DNA from: an uncultured Eubacteriales bacterium
GTDB taxonomy: Bacteria; Bacillota; Clostridia; Christensenellales; CAG-138
DNA length: 64,000 bases
Reading direction: 5' to 3'
Assembly (NCBI GenBank): GCA_900318765.1
Contig: ONLX01000015.1
Span: 5,955-69,954, forward strand
Shown: piece after piece, positions 28,680 to 38,518 of the stretch
Layout: each line of letters opens with the position of its first letter
How positions within the stretch are numbered: the stretch's first letter is position 1
Position numbers and translations under genes: made by a program
The notes under the pieces: generated by a model
Database searches by the model: none
Seen by the model: the letters and a program-made list of their open reading frames with translations, nothing else
Told to the model about the DNA's origin: nothing

Positions 28680-30338
28680 ATGAAAGGAAAAATGCAACAT
28701 AAACTGAAAATCATCCCGCTCGGCGGCGTCGGAGAAATCGGAAAGAATATGACGCTGCTCGAATACGAGGATCGTATTTTGATTATTGATTGCGGCATGA
28801 GCTTCCCAGATGATGAGATGCCCGGAATCGACGTCGTCATTCCGGACATGACCTATCTCGAGACCAATCGGGAAAAGATTGTCGCAATGCTGATTACGCA
28901 TGGGCATGAGGATCACATCGGGGCGATTCCGTATGCGATGCAGAAATTCCGCTGCCCGATCTACGGAACAAAATTTACAAACGCGTTGATTCGGCATAAG
29001 CTCGAAGAGAATCAACTGCATGATGTGCAACTGACTGACGTCGCACCCGGCGATATCGTTACACTGGACAAATTCAAAGTTGATTTTATCAAGACCGGAC
29101 ACAGCATTGCAGGGGCTGTGGCGCTTGCGATTACGACGCCGATCGGAACCGTGATTCATACCGGAGATTTTAAGATTGACCTGACTCCGATGGACGGGGA
29201 ACCGATCAATATCAATCGGTTTGCGTATTACGGCACGCGCGGCGTACTTGCGCTTTTGTCCGACAGTACCAACGTCGAACGACCGGGCTTTACGCAATCG
29301 GAAAAAGAGATCGGAAAGACTTTTGAATCCTGCTTTGCGCAGGCAAAAGGGCGTGTAATCGTTGCTACCTTTGCATCCAACGTCTATCGGATGCAGCAGG
29401 TGGCGGATGTTGCGATCGAACACGGACGCGTTCTTTGCTTTCAGGGACGCAGCATGGAACAGGTTGTCAAGATTGCCACACAGCTCGGCTATCTGAAAAT
29501 TCCGGAGGACAAGCTTGTCCGCGTCGATCAGCTTACGCGGTACCGAGACGAAGAAATTTGCGTCATCACGACGGGGAGTCAGGGAGAACCGATGAGCGGA
29601 CTGTTTCGTATGGCTAATGCGACACATCGGCTGAACATCGGCAAGGGCGATACCGTCATTATCTCTGCATCCGCAATTCCCGGAAATGAGCTCGGCGTTG
29701 CGCGGGTGATCAATCAACTGTATGAAAAGGGCGCAAACGTCGTTTATGATCAGATGGCGGACGTTCATGTGTCGGGACATGCTTGCCGTGAAGAGCTCAA
29801 ATTGATGCTTGCGATCACAAAGCCGAAGTACTTCATTCCCGTTCACGGGGAAGCAAGACATCTTCGGATGCATGCAGAACTCGGAGAGCGAATGGGCGTT
29901 GAAAAGGATCGCATCTTTGTTCCTCAGCTCGGCAACGTGATTGCGCTGACAAGTCGGAAAGGAACGATGACGGAAACCGTTCCTTCCGGAAGCGTGATGG
30001 TGGATGGGCTTGCCAATATTGAGGATGCGGTTCTGCACGATCGCAAATTGCTCAGTGAGGACGGCCTTGTGCTTGCAATCATCACGATGGACGGTGAGAC
30101 AGGTCGCCTGTGCGCACCTGTGGAAATCATCTCACGCGGGTTCGTCTTTATGCGGGAAGCTGAAGAGCTGATTGCGGAATCGACAACGCTGATTACCGAA
30201 GAAGCCAAGCGGTTTGAAGGCGCGAACAAAAATGAGTATTCGGCCATCAAGAATGCCGTCAAGAGCCGTTTAAAGAACTACCTCTATGGAAAAACACATC
30301 GGAGTCCGATGATTTTGCCGATCACGATTGAAATTTGA
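28680..30338 (+). CDS. rnj: Ribonuclease J
   Basis: Metallo-beta-lactamase motif THGHEDHIG, the beta-CASP region (SDSTN, HVSGHA), and an N-terminus LKIIPLGGVGEIGKNM like RNase J1/J2. An alternative start lies at 28692. Confidence 0.93.
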   Translation: MKGKMQHKLKIIPLGGVGEIGKNMTLLEYEDRILIIDCGMSFPDDEMPGIDVVIPDMTYLETNREKIVAMLITHGHEDHIGAIPYAMQKFRCPIYGTKFTNALIRHKLEENQLHDVQLTDVAPGDIVTLDKFKVDFIKTGHSIAGAVALAITTPIGTVIHTGDFKIDLTPMDGEPININRFAYYGTRGVLALLSDSTNVERPGFTQSEKEIGKTFESCFAQAKGRVIVATFASNVYRMQQVADVAIEHGRVLCFQGRSMEQVVKIATQLGYLKIPEDKLVRVDQLTRYRDEEICVITTGSQGEPMSGLFRMANATHRLNIGKGDTVIISASAIPGNELGVARVINQLYEKGANVVYDQMADVHVSGHACREELKLMLAITKPKYFIPVHGEARHLRMHAELGERMGVEKDRIFVPQLGNVIALTSRKGTMTETVPSGSVMVDGLANIEDAVLHDRKLLSEDGLVLAIITMDGETGRLCAPVEIISRGFVFMREAEELIAESTTLITEEAKRFEGANKNEYSAIKNAVKSRLKNYLYGKTHRSPMILPITIEI

Positions 30339-30352
30339 AAAGAGGAACGGGT

Positions 30353-30694
30353 ATGGTATATGAACATGCGCATCTGCTTGCAGCAGAGATGAAAGAGAGC
30401 GAGGAATACCGTGCATACTGCGCGGCAAAGGAACGGGCTTTTGTCAACGAAACGACGCGCAACCTGATCGCAGAGTATCACAAGCTTCAGGTGAAACTGC
30501 AGGCGGGTGCTCTGACCGGTGAAAAGAATGATGCGTTGCTTCAACAAGCCCAAAAGCTCGGCGAGGTTTTGCAGTTCGATGCGAATGCAGCGGAGTTTCT
30601 GATGGCGGAATACCGGATTCGGACCATGCTCGGAGATATCTACAAAATTCTTGCGGAAGCGATCGACATCGATCTATCCGCGTTGGAAGCGTGA
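30353..30694 (+). CDS. YlbF/YmcA-family (Com_YlbF, RicF-like) helical protein
   Basis: A helical ~113 aa protein with the family pattern EMKESEEYRAYCAAKERAF...LIAEYHKLQVKLQ...FLMAEYRIRTMLGDIYKIL. It starts 15 nt after the rnj stop. Confidence 0.7.
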   Translation: MVYEHAHLLAAEMKESEEYRAYCAAKERAFVNETTRNLIAEYHKLQVKLQAGALTGEKNDALLQQAQKLGEVLQFDANAAEFLMAEYRIRTMLGDIYKILAEAIDIDLSALEA

Positions 30695-30703
30695 GGCAGG
30701 GGA

Positions 30704-31846
30704 ATGAAGACCGATGATAGAGATCTGACGCCGGTTCAGCGTCGATGGAAAACGTTTTGGCGTTATGCACGTCCTGTTGCGGTCTGGGCAGCGAGCATCG
30801 CAATCGTCCTGATCGTTGTTTCACTGTCTGTCAATTTTATTGTGTCTCACTATGTTTCGGCTGTTGATCCCGACGACAACACGCCGTATGAAATCACCAT
30901 TCCGCAAAGCGCATCGGCAAGTTCGATCGCCCGGATTCTTTATACCGCTTGCGGAGAGGATCAGAAGGGGTTGATCGTTTCGACCGCCTCGTTCAAGATT
31001 TATGTGGATTTTGTCGGGAAGGCCAACAGCCTGAAAGCCGGAACCTATATCCTGTCCAAGAATATGTCCATCAAGGAAATTGTCAATATTCTTGCCGAAG
31101 GAAACGCGACCAGGAGTTTCAAACGTGTAACGATTCCGGAAGGGTATACCGTCGATCAGATTGCGCAAACACTCGCTTTAGAGCAAATCATCTCCGACGC
31201 CGCCGCCTTCCAGACACTTTGTCGAACGACGGAATCGTTTGAAAAATATCCGTTTCTGATCGATCTGCCATCCGAGAGCGAACGCATGTACGCGCTCGAA
31301 GGGTATTTGTTCCCGGACACCTACGAATTTTATGTGGATTCTTCTCCGGAGGAAGTCGTCGATCGTATGCTGACCCGATATTATGAAATTTATATTGGAG
31401 AATTTGTCGATCGTGCGGAAGAAATCGGCCTGACGCGCGATCAAGTGATGATCCTAGCGTCAATCATTGAGCGGGAAGCCAGAAATCCGGATGATTTTTC
31501 GAAGGTTTCGGCAGTTTTCCATAACCGCTTGCAGGACGGAATGAAACTGGAGTCGTGCGCAACGCTTTCGTACGCAACGCATACGAACCGACTGTATTTC
31601 AGCGCAGAAGAGATTCAGACGGTTTCTCCGTATAACACGTACTTAAACGACGGTCTTCCCGTCGGAGCCGTCTGCAATCCGGGACTTGCCGCAATCCGCG
31701 CCGCTCTGTACCCGAACGAAGAGTATATTTCGGAGCATTATCTGTTCTTCTGCAATGCGAATCCGAAGGAAACTTCTTCCTTGCTGTTCAGCAAAACATA
31801 TGAAGAACATCAGGAGAATGTAGAAAAATACAAGATATATTGGTAA
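30704..31846 (+). CDS. mltG: Endolytic murein transglycosylase MltG (YceG-like)
   Basis: An N-terminal TM helix, then the YceG domain with the signature EGYLFPDTYEF and ILASIIEREA. Confidence 0.92.
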   Translation: MKTDDRDLTPVQRRWKTFWRYARPVAVWAASIAIVLIVVSLSVNFIVSHYVSAVDPDDNTPYEITIPQSASASSIARILYTACGEDQKGLIVSTASFKIYVDFVGKANSLKAGTYILSKNMSIKEIVNILAEGNATRSFKRVTIPEGYTVDQIAQTLALEQIISDAAAFQTLCRTTESFEKYPFLIDLPSESERMYALEGYLFPDTYEFYVDSSPEEVVDRMLTRYYEIYIGEFVDRAEEIGLTRDQVMILASIIEREARNPDDFSKVSAVFHNRLQDGMKLESCATLSYATHTNRLYFSAEEIQTVSPYNTYLNDGLPVGAVCNPGLAAIRAALYPNEEYISEHYLFFCNANPKETSSLLFSKTYEEHQENVEKYKIYW

Positions 31847-31955
31847 AATTCTTGATAAAACATCTTCCATTCGGCAAAGTTATCTGTTATAATAACGTTG
31901 CACATTGGTGCGAGATTCTTCATTGGGAAAGAAATCTATAGGAGGAAAAACAAAC

Positions 31956-33146
31956 ATGAAGAAGATCATTGCTCTGCTCCTGTCGTTGGTTATGGTATTT
32001 GCAATTGTCGCATGTACTGCTTCCACCCCGGCAGCGACGACCGAAGGAAATAGCACCCCGGAATATAAGGTTGCTATGATCACGGACTACGGCGATATCA
32101 CTGACCAGAGCTTCAACCAGACCACGTATGAAGCTTGCGAAGCGTTCGCGAAGGACTACAACGTTGAGTTCACCTATAAGAAGCCGGGCGACAACAACAC
32201 CGAAGCTCGTGTTGCTATGGTTGACGCAGCGGTTGCGGATGGCTACAATGTCATCGTTATGCCGGGCTATGCATTCGCCGGCACGATCGTGGAAGCTGCT
32301 CCGAAGTATCCGGATGTGAAGTTCATCGCTCTGGACGTCGGCGTTGGCGATCTCCTCGAGGCGGGTGTTACTGCGAAGGGCGAAGCGTATGACTACAATC
32401 CCGATAATTGGGTTCTTAGCGACTATGTCGAGATGAACAACGTGTATTGCGCGATCTATCAGGAAGAGCTGTGCGGTTACATGGCCGGTTATGCGGCTGT
32501 GAAACTCGGCTACAAAGAGCTCGGCTTCCTCGGCGGCATGGCGGTTCCGGCAGTTGTCCGTTACGGCTATGGCTTCGTTCAGGGCGCTGACGCGGCTGCT
32601 GCTGAACTCGGTCAGCCTGTCAACATCAAGTATGCTTACGGCAACCAGTTCTACGGCGATCCGGACATCACCGCTTACATGGACACCTGGTATGCTGCAG
32701 GTACCGAAGTTGTCTTCGCTTGCGGCGGCGGCATCTACTCCTCTGCGGCAGAAGCTGCTGCGAAGGTAAACGGCAAGGTCATCGGTGTTGACGTTGACCA
32801 GGCTGCGATCATCGACGGTCTCTACGGCGCAGGCATGACGGTTACTTCCGCTATGAAGGGTCTCTATCCGGCAACCTACAACACGCTGAAGGATGTCATC
32901 ATCAATGGCAACTGGGCAAACTACAACGGCGCGATCGAGACGCTGGGTCTGTATTCTGCGAATCCGACCGAGAACTACGTTCAGATCCCGATGGAGTCCA
33001 CGCAGTGGTCCGATTCCTTCACGAAGGATGATTATACCGCACTCGTCGGCAAGATGCTGGATGGCACGATTGTTGTTTCCAACGACATCACTGCTGAACC
33101 GGCAGTTACGACCGCAGTTGTTGACTATCAGGGCAACATCAAATAA
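31956..33146 (+). CDS. BMP-family (PnrA/Med/NupN-like) ABC substrate-binding lipoprotein
   Basis: Signal peptide with the lipobox IVAC. The motifs MITDYGDITDQSFNQ and GVDVDQ are typical of basic membrane protein / nucleoside-binding SBPs. GGAGG RBS. Confidence 0.88.
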   Translation: MKKIIALLLSLVMVFAIVACTASTPAATTEGNSTPEYKVAMITDYGDITDQSFNQTTYEACEAFAKDYNVEFTYKKPGDNNTEARVAMVDAAVADGYNVIVMPGYAFAGTIVEAAPKYPDVKFIALDVGVGDLLEAGVTAKGEAYDYNPDNWVLSDYVEMNNVYCAIYQEELCGYMAGYAAVKLGYKELGFLGGMAVPAVVRYGYGFVQGADAAAAELGQPVNIKYAYGNQFYGDPDITAYMDTWYAAGTEVVFACGGGIYSSAAEAAAKVNGKVIGVDVDQAAIIDGLYGAGMTVTSAMKGLYPATYNTLKDVIINGNWANYNGAIETLGLYSANPTENYVQIPMESTQWSDSFTKDDYTALVGKMLDGTIVVSNDITAEPAVTTAVVDYQGNIK

Positions 33147-33166
33147 TTTCAAAGCAACAGCCTTTG

Positions 33167-33197
33167 GGACGCACTTCTTTCGAGTGCGTCCTTTTTT
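33167..33197 (+). terminator. Rho-independent terminator after the BMP lipoprotein gene
   Basis: A 9 bp stem, GGACGCACT / AGTGCGTCC, with a 7 nt loop, followed by TTTTTT. Confidence 0.8.
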
Positions 33198-33219
33198 GCA
33201 CGGATGCATGTAAAAATGA

Positions 33220-33248
33220 TTGCAATTTCTTGACGAAACCTTTATACT
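33220..33248 (+). promoter_or_regulatory. SigA-type promoter upstream of the ABC ATPase and permease genes
   Basis: TTGCAA (33220-33225), a 17 nt spacer, then TATACT (33243-33248). Confidence 0.45.
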
Positions 33249-33291
33249 TATCCTATAAGGCAAAACCATACCGGTATAAGGAGGGCACGCC

Positions 33292-34854
33292 ATGGAGCAA
33301 GTTACGACTCAAGCATCCGAGCCTTATGTAATCGAGATGCTTCATATCACCAAAGAGTTCCCGGGCATCAAAGCGAATGATGATATCACGCTTCAGTTGA
33401 AACGGGGCGAGATTCATGCGCTGTTGGGGGAGAACGGCGCCGGGAAATCGACCCTGATGAGCGTTTTGTTCGGAATGTATCAGCCGGAAGCAGGCGAGAT
33501 TCGCAAGGACGGAAAGGTGGTCCAGATTAAGGATCCGAACGTAGCGACGGAGCTCGGCATCGGCATGGTGCATCAGCATTTCAAGCTTGTGGAATGCTTC
33601 ACCGTGCTGGATAACATCATTCTCGGTATTGAGCCGAACACGCTTGGCTTTTTGAAAAAGGCCGATGCGCGCGCTAAGGTTTTAGAACTTTCCAAGCATT
33701 ACGGCTTGCAGGTTGATCCGGACGCGAAGGTCGAGGATATCTCCGTCGGTATGCAGCAGCGTACCGAGATTTTGAAGATGCTCTTCCGGGACAACGAGAT
33801 TCTGATTTTCGATGAGCCGACTGCTGTCTTGACACCGCAGGAGATCACCGAGCTGATGCAGATCATGAACAACCTCAAAAAGGAAGGGAAGAGCATCCTG
33901 TTCATTTCGCATAAGCTGAACGAGATTATGGAGGTTGCCGATCGCTGCACGGTTCTGCGGAAGGGCAAGTACATCGGAACCGTTAATATTGCTGACACCA
34001 CGAAGGAAGAACTTTCCCGTATGATGGTTGGCCGGAACGTCAATTTCCATGTTCAGAAGGAAGAAGCAAAGATCGGCGAAGCTGTCCTTAAGGTTCGCAA
34101 TATGACGGTTGCTTCCAAAGTTCATAAGAACAATGCCGTCAAACATGTTTCATTCGATGTCCATGCCGGGGAGATTCTGTGTATCGCCGGCATCGACGGA
34201 AACGGTCAGACCGAATTGGTCCATGGTATTACCGGATTGGAACCGCTTGTCTCCGGATCGATTACAATGTGTGGAATGGATATTTCCAAAACCAGCATCC
34301 GTAAGCGCAGTGTAATGGGTATGAGTCATATTCCGGAGGATCGGCACAAACATGGCCTCGTATTGGATTATACGTTGGAAGACAATCTGATCCTGCAGCG
34401 GTACTTTACACCGGAATTTACGAATAAAGCCGGATTCCTTCGCCGCAAAAATATCCGCAGCTATGCCAATCGTTTGATTGAGCAGTACGATATCCGTTCC
34501 GGTCAGGGGCCGATCACGTTGGCTCGTTCCATGTCTGGCGGCAATCAGCAAAAAGCAATTGTTGCTCGGGAAATTGATAAGAATCCGGAATTGCTTGTCG
34601 CGGTTCAGCCGACGCGTGGTTTGGATGTCGGCGCAATCGAATATATTCACAGTCAGTTGGTTGCGCAGCGTGATGCGGGGAAAGCCGTTCTTTTGATCTC
34701 GCTCGAATTGGATGAGGTCATGGACGTTCCGGATCGTATCCTCGTCATGTACGAGGGCGAGATCGTCGGTGAGCTGGATCCGAAGAACACCACTCAGGAA
34801 GAACTCGGTCTCTACATGGCCGGTGCAAAGAAGGATGAGGTGACTGTTGAATGA
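33292..34854 (+). CDS. CUT2-type ABC transporter ATP-binding protein with duplicated NBDs
   Basis: Walker A GENGAGKST and the signature sequences VGMQQRTEI and MSGGNQQKA show two tandem ATPase domains, as in ribose/nucleoside importers. Confidence 0.92.
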   Translation: MEQVTTQASEPYVIEMLHITKEFPGIKANDDITLQLKRGEIHALLGENGAGKSTLMSVLFGMYQPEAGEIRKDGKVVQIKDPNVATELGIGMVHQHFKLVECFTVLDNIILGIEPNTLGFLKKADARAKVLELSKHYGLQVDPDAKVEDISVGMQQRTEILKMLFRDNEILIFDEPTAVLTPQEITELMQIMNNLKKEGKSILFISHKLNEIMEVADRCTVLRKGKYIGTVNIADTTKEELSRMMVGRNVNFHVQKEEAKIGEAVLKVRNMTVASKVHKNNAVKHVSFDVHAGEILCIAGIDGNGQTELVHGITGLEPLVSGSITMCGMDISKTSIRKRSVMGMSHIPEDRHKHGLVLDYTLEDNLILQRYFTPEFTNKAGFLRRKNIRSYANRLIEQYDIRSGQGPITLARSMSGGNQQKAIVAREIDKNPELLVAVQPTRGLDVGAIEYIHSQLVAQRDAGKAVLLISLELDEVMDVPDRILVMYEGEIVGELDPKNTTQEELGLYMAGAKKDEVTVE

Positions 34855-36005
34855 AACTGTTAAAGAATAAAACCTTCCAATCCCTGATTTCCTCGCTGAT
34901 TTGTATTATTCTCGGTGTTCTTGTCGGATACATCGTTCTTTTGATCATCAACGCAGAGGGTGCAGGGAAGGCGATGATCACCATCCTGAAGAACTTCTTC
35001 GTGTATCCGAACGCCAAAATGCGCATGGAGTATTTCGGAACGGTACTTGTCAAAATGGCTCCGCTTTTGATGTGCTCGCTCTCGGTCCTCTTCGCGTATA
35101 AGACCGGATTGTTCAATATCGGCGCGGCGGGACAGTATTGTATCGGAATCTGTGCATGTTTGTTTACAGCCTTATATCTGCATTGGAGTTGGCCGCTCTG
35201 CCTTTTGAGCGCAGTAGCAGCGGGCGCATTGTTCGGATTCATCGTCGGTGTTCTGAAATCCTATCGGAACGTGAACGAAGTCATCTCCGGCATTATGCTG
35301 AACTGGATTGCGCTTTACATCACAAATTCCGTTTTAAGCCTCGTAAAAGAGCCGTCCAGCCCGTATACGTATAAGCTTCAAGGTGCAAGAGGCAAAGCCG
35401 CCTTGCTTCCTCAGCTCGGCTTTGTCAATCAAATTTTCAACAACAACAAATACATTACGATTGCCGTTCCGATTGCAATTGCGGTTGCAATTATCATTTG
35501 GGTCGTATTGGAAAAGACGAAGTTCGGATATGAGCTGAAGGCGACCGGATTCAATCGAAACGCTGCAAAGTATTGCGGCATGGCGGAGAAGCGCAACGCG
35601 ATCCTGACGCTTGTGATCGCGGGAGCGCTCGCAGGCCTCGGCGCTTCGTTCTATTATCAGTCCGGCATTGAACAATGGGAGTGCACGGCGACCTCCGTTC
35701 CGGGCATGGGCTTCAACGGAATTGCAGCAACGTTCCTCGGCGGCCTGAATCCGATCGGGACGATTTTCTCCTCCTACTTCCTGCAGCATATCAAGGAAGG
35801 CGGCACACATATCGACACGATGAAATACAGCGCGCAGATCTCCGATCTGATTTCTTCTGTGATCATTTATCTTTGCGGTTTCGTTCTGTTCATCAAATAC
35901 ATGATGAACAAGATCACCGTAAAATCGGAGGAGCGCAAGAAAGAACGTCTTGCGGCTGCCGCATCCGCTGTAAATTCCAATGAGAAGAAAGGAGGCGATC
36001 GGTAA
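34851..36005 (+). CDS. ABC transporter permease (BPD_transp_2 family)
   Basis: Polytopic protein with FNIGAAGQY and GFNGIAATFLGG motifs. ATGA overlap with the ATPase gene. Confidence 0.88.
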   Translation: MKLLKNKTFQSLISSLICIILGVLVGYIVLLIINAEGAGKAMITILKNFFVYPNAKMRMEYFGTVLVKMAPLLMCSLSVLFAYKTGLFNIGAAGQYCIGICACLFTALYLHWSWPLCLLSAVAAGALFGFIVGVLKSYRNVNEVISGIMLNWIALYITNSVLSLVKEPSSPYTYKLQGARGKAALLPQLGFVNQIFNNNKYITIAVPIAIAVAIIIWVVLEKTKFGYELKATGFNRNAAKYCGMAEKRNAILTLVIAGALAGLGASFYYQSGIEQWECTATSVPGMGFNGIAATFLGGLNPIGTIFSSYFLQHIKEGGTHIDTMKYSAQISDLISSVIIYLCGFVLFIKYMMNKITVKSEERKKERLAAAASAVNSNEKKGGDR

Positions 36006-36976
36006 TGCTGCAGATCTTGGAACAATACACATTGCTCTTGCAATACACGCTGATTTTCTCATCCGTTTTGTTGCTTGTTGCTCTCGGCGGCTGCTTCTCC
36101 GAGCATTCCGGCGTGATCAACCTCGGTCTCGAGGGCATCATGGTGATCGGCGCTCTCGGCGGCGCGCTGTTCATGTACTACTTCCAGGATAAGCTCACTG
36201 GCTTTCCGATGATTGCATTAACGGTACTGACTTCTGTTGCTTGCGGGGTCTTATATTCCGCCTTACTCGGCGTCGCCTGTATCAACTTCAAAGCCGATCA
36301 GACGATTGTCGGTACGGCTTTGAACATGCTCGGAACTGCGGCAGCGACCGTTATTGTCAAGGCGGTCAATCTTGCACGCGACGGCAAACCATCGGACGAA
36401 TTGATTTATCGCCTCGGTCGTTCCTCCTTCATTAAAGGATTGAACTTCGGAGAAACGAACTTCGAATTCAACTGGTTCATGGCGATCGCGGTTGTAATGC
36501 TGATTGTGGCTTACGTCGTTCTCTATAAGACCAAATTCGGTCTCCGGCTGATGTCTTGCGGCGAACATCCGCAGGCAGCGGCTTCGGTCGGTATCAGCGT
36601 CTATAAGATGCGTTGGTCCGGAGTATTGATCTCCGGCGCATATGGCGGACTCGGCGGAATTTGCTACATCATGGCCGGCGGCGGAACTTGGCATTTCTCC
36701 TACGGCGTTGCCGGTTTCGGCTTCCTGTCTCTTGCGGTTATGATTTTCGGTCAATGGAAACCCGGAAAGATTGCGCTTGCGGCGTTGCTGTTCGGCGTTT
36801 TCCGCGCACTATCGAATGTGAACGGGAGCATCTCGCTGCTTTCAAGCCTGAACCTCCCTCCGACGGTGTATAACATGCTTCCGTACATCGTGTCCTTGAT
36901 CGTGCTTGCGTTTACGTCCAAGAAGTCCCGCGCTCCGAAGGCGGAAGGCATTCCGTACGATAAAGGACAGAGATAA
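36005..36976 (+). CDS. ABC transporter permease (BPD_transp_2 family), second subunit
   Basis: Polytopic protein with INLGLEGIMVIGA and GFGFLSLAVMIFGQW motifs. Its start abuts the stop of the preceding permease gene. Confidence 0.88.
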   Translation: MLQILEQYTLLLQYTLIFSSVLLLVALGGCFSEHSGVINLGLEGIMVIGALGGALFMYYFQDKLTGFPMIALTVLTSVACGVLYSALLGVACINFKADQTIVGTALNMLGTAAATVIVKAVNLARDGKPSDELIYRLGRSSFIKGLNFGETNFEFNWFMAIAVVMLIVAYVVLYKTKFGLRLMSCGEHPQAAASVGISVYKMRWSGVLISGAYGGLGGICYIMAGGGTWHFSYGVAGFGFLSLAVMIFGQWKPGKIALAALLFGVFRALSNVNGSISLLSSLNLPPTVYNMLPYIVSLIVLAFTSKKSRAPKAEGIPYDKGQR

Positions 36977-36991
36977 TTCCCAAAAATATGA

Positions 36992-37027
36992 AGAACCTTT
37001 CGCTTTTTGCGAAAGGTTCTTTCTATT
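36992..37027. terminator. Bidirectional rho-independent terminator between convergent operons
   Basis: A 12 bp perfect stem, AGAACCTTTCGC / GCGAAAGGTTCT, with a TTTTT loop. It is flanked by an A-rich tract on the left and a T-rich tract on the right. Confidence 0.85.
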
Positions 37028-37029
37028 TA

Positions 37030-37797
37030 TCAAAGGATATTTTGAATGTGGTTTAGATGAAATCGCTCGATCATGGATTCCGCAACAGCAAGGGCATCTA
37101 CGGGGTAAACATTGCCGGGATCATGGGCATCCGCTCCAATAATCACATCGTTTCCAACGCCTCCGGCGATCTCCCAAAAGTCAGGATTTGGGTACCAACG
37201 CCCGCGTACAATGCCCAGAAGGTTGATTTCCAAAGGAACCTTTAATCCTTTTGCAGCTTCGCAAAGACGTCTCATTTCATCGCGATAAAACGGATCTTTC
37301 GTATCGTTATATCGTACCAGATCCGGATGCGCGATGTAGAGAAATGCTCCGGTTTGGATCGCATCGATCACTTGATCGACATAACGCGATACGATGGTTT
37401 TGTCATCCGTAGGATGGCTGCTGTAGAGTTCCTCGTATGTCGTCCCGATGTTGTGCTGCCCCAGAATAAAATAATCAAACGGGTAGGGGGAGATAAACGC
37501 TTTCCAATCGTCAAAATGGTTCGGATAGTATTCGACTTCGAGACCAAGAAGAATGCGGATTTGCGATTTGTATTCTTCCCGAAGACGTAAAATCGATTGA
37601 ACATATTCTTCCAACCGCTCCGGCTGCATCCGGATCCGCGCAACATATCGGTCGCCCATATCCGGGAACGGCGTATGATCGGAGAATCCTACAGTCTCGT
37701 AACCGCTTTGAATGGCATTTTCGATATACTCCCGATCTGTCCCAACGGCGTGTCCGCAGCGAGCGGTGTGCATGTGATAGTTTTGTAACAATCTCAT
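37030..37797 (-). CDS. HisJ-family PHP-domain phosphatase (histidinol-phosphatase-like)
   Basis: MRLLQNYHMHTARCGHA shows the PHP H-x-H motif, together with GFSDHTP and IIGADAHD. ATG at 37797 lies 4 nt after the upstream stop; the longer ORF-track start would overlap that gene. Confidence 0.82.
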   Translation of the reverse strand: MRLLQNYHMHTARCGHAVGTDREYIENAIQSGYETVGFSDHTPFPDMGDRYVARIRMQPERLEEYVQSILRLREEYKSQIRILLGLEVEYYPNHFDDWKAFISPYPFDYFILGQHNIGTTYEELYSSHPTDDKTIVSRYVDQVIDAIQTGAFLYIAHPDLVRYNDTKDPFYRDEMRRLCEAAKGLKVPLEINLLGIVRGRWYPNPDFWEIAGGVGNDVIIGADAHDPGNVYPVDALAVAESMIERFHLNHIQNIL

Positions 37798-37801
37798 GCC
37801 G

Positions 37802-38503
37802 TTAGGATTCCGTTTCGTTGTTGTTGGAGGATTCCTCTTCAAAATCGAACGCAGAGGAAGGCATCGATCCGCCGGATGCTGCTTTTGCACGTGCTTTGGC
37901 GAGTTTTTCCTTATCCGTGAACCGATTGATCAAAATGAACAATCCGATGACGATAACGATGGCAAGCCCCATCAAAACCCACGTAAGTATTTGCGATGCT
38001 TGATACGAAATAACCGAACGAAGCTTTGCATATGTCGTGTTCTCGTTGACGCTGTTTTCCCCTAAGCCGAGAAACACATATTGACCGTTTTCATCCGTAA
38101 CGGGAGAAACATAGGTGACCTGGACGCCATCCGGAATGGTCGGCTGTTCGAGGTTCGAGAAGATCGAAGACATCTTCGTATAGCTGTAGGTTTCATTTAC
38201 GTTGCCATCCGTGCCCTGAATGGTTCCGTCAGCGGAAATCTGTTCCGCAAAAATCGATTTAAAATCGTTCGTAAATTCGTAAGCGGGATCAGCATATACA
38301 ATATTTTGATAGGCTGATGTCAAGGCCATCAGGAACATCAAAACGCCCAATGCCGCATAGATGGGGCGAAGCAGCTTTTTGAACTGAGAAACCTTTTCTT
38401 CCTTGATGTTATCAACGGCAAACAGCTTTCCTTTAGCGGTGATTGCGCCGTAAAGAACATATCCGGCGATCGCAAGCAATACAGCAGTAAACAGAAAATT
38501 CAT
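37802..38503 (-). CDS. Hypothetical membrane protein (2 N-terminal TM helices, an ~110 aa extracytoplasmic segment, a C-terminal TM helix and an acidic tail)
   Basis: A clean ORF with a GAGGAT RBS, starting 15 nt after the cysS stop. I recognised no family motif. Confidence 0.6.
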   Translation of the reverse strand: MNFLFTAVLLAIAGYVLYGAITAKGKLFAVDNIKEEKVSQFKKLLRPIYAALGVLMFLMALTSAYQNIVYADPAYEFTNDFKSIFAEQISADGTIQGTDGNVNETYSYTKMSSIFSNLEQPTIPDGVQVTYVSPVTDENGQYVFLGLGENSVNENTTYAKLRSVISYQASQILTWVLMGLAIVIVIGLFILINRFTDKEKLAKARAKAASGGSMPSSAFDFEEESSNNNETES

Positions 38504-38518
38504 CGTAAATCCTCACTC

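Noticed and set aside
28401-30038. A 545 aa ORF on the minus strand. Similar long ORFs occur at 4969-6282 (-), 10397-11404 (-), 18305-19648 (-), 31920-33293 (-), 38582-39949 (+) and 25864-26778 (-).
   Set aside because: Each lies exactly antisense to a gene with strong family motifs (rnj, infB, ffh, the GT39-like gene, the BMP lipoprotein, cysS, trmFO). Their translations are Arg/His/Cys-rich with no motifs and no RBS. They are shadow ORFs produced by the codon bias of the real genes.
31847-31955. A possible riboswitch or purine-responsive leader upstream of the nucleoside-type ABC lipoprotein gene.
   Set aside because: Only about 55 nt lie between the likely -10 element (TGTTATAAT near 31884-31892) and the RBS, with one small hairpin (GCAC-ATTG-GTGC). 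That is too short for known purine or preQ1-class aptamers plus an expression platform, and I saw no conserved cores.
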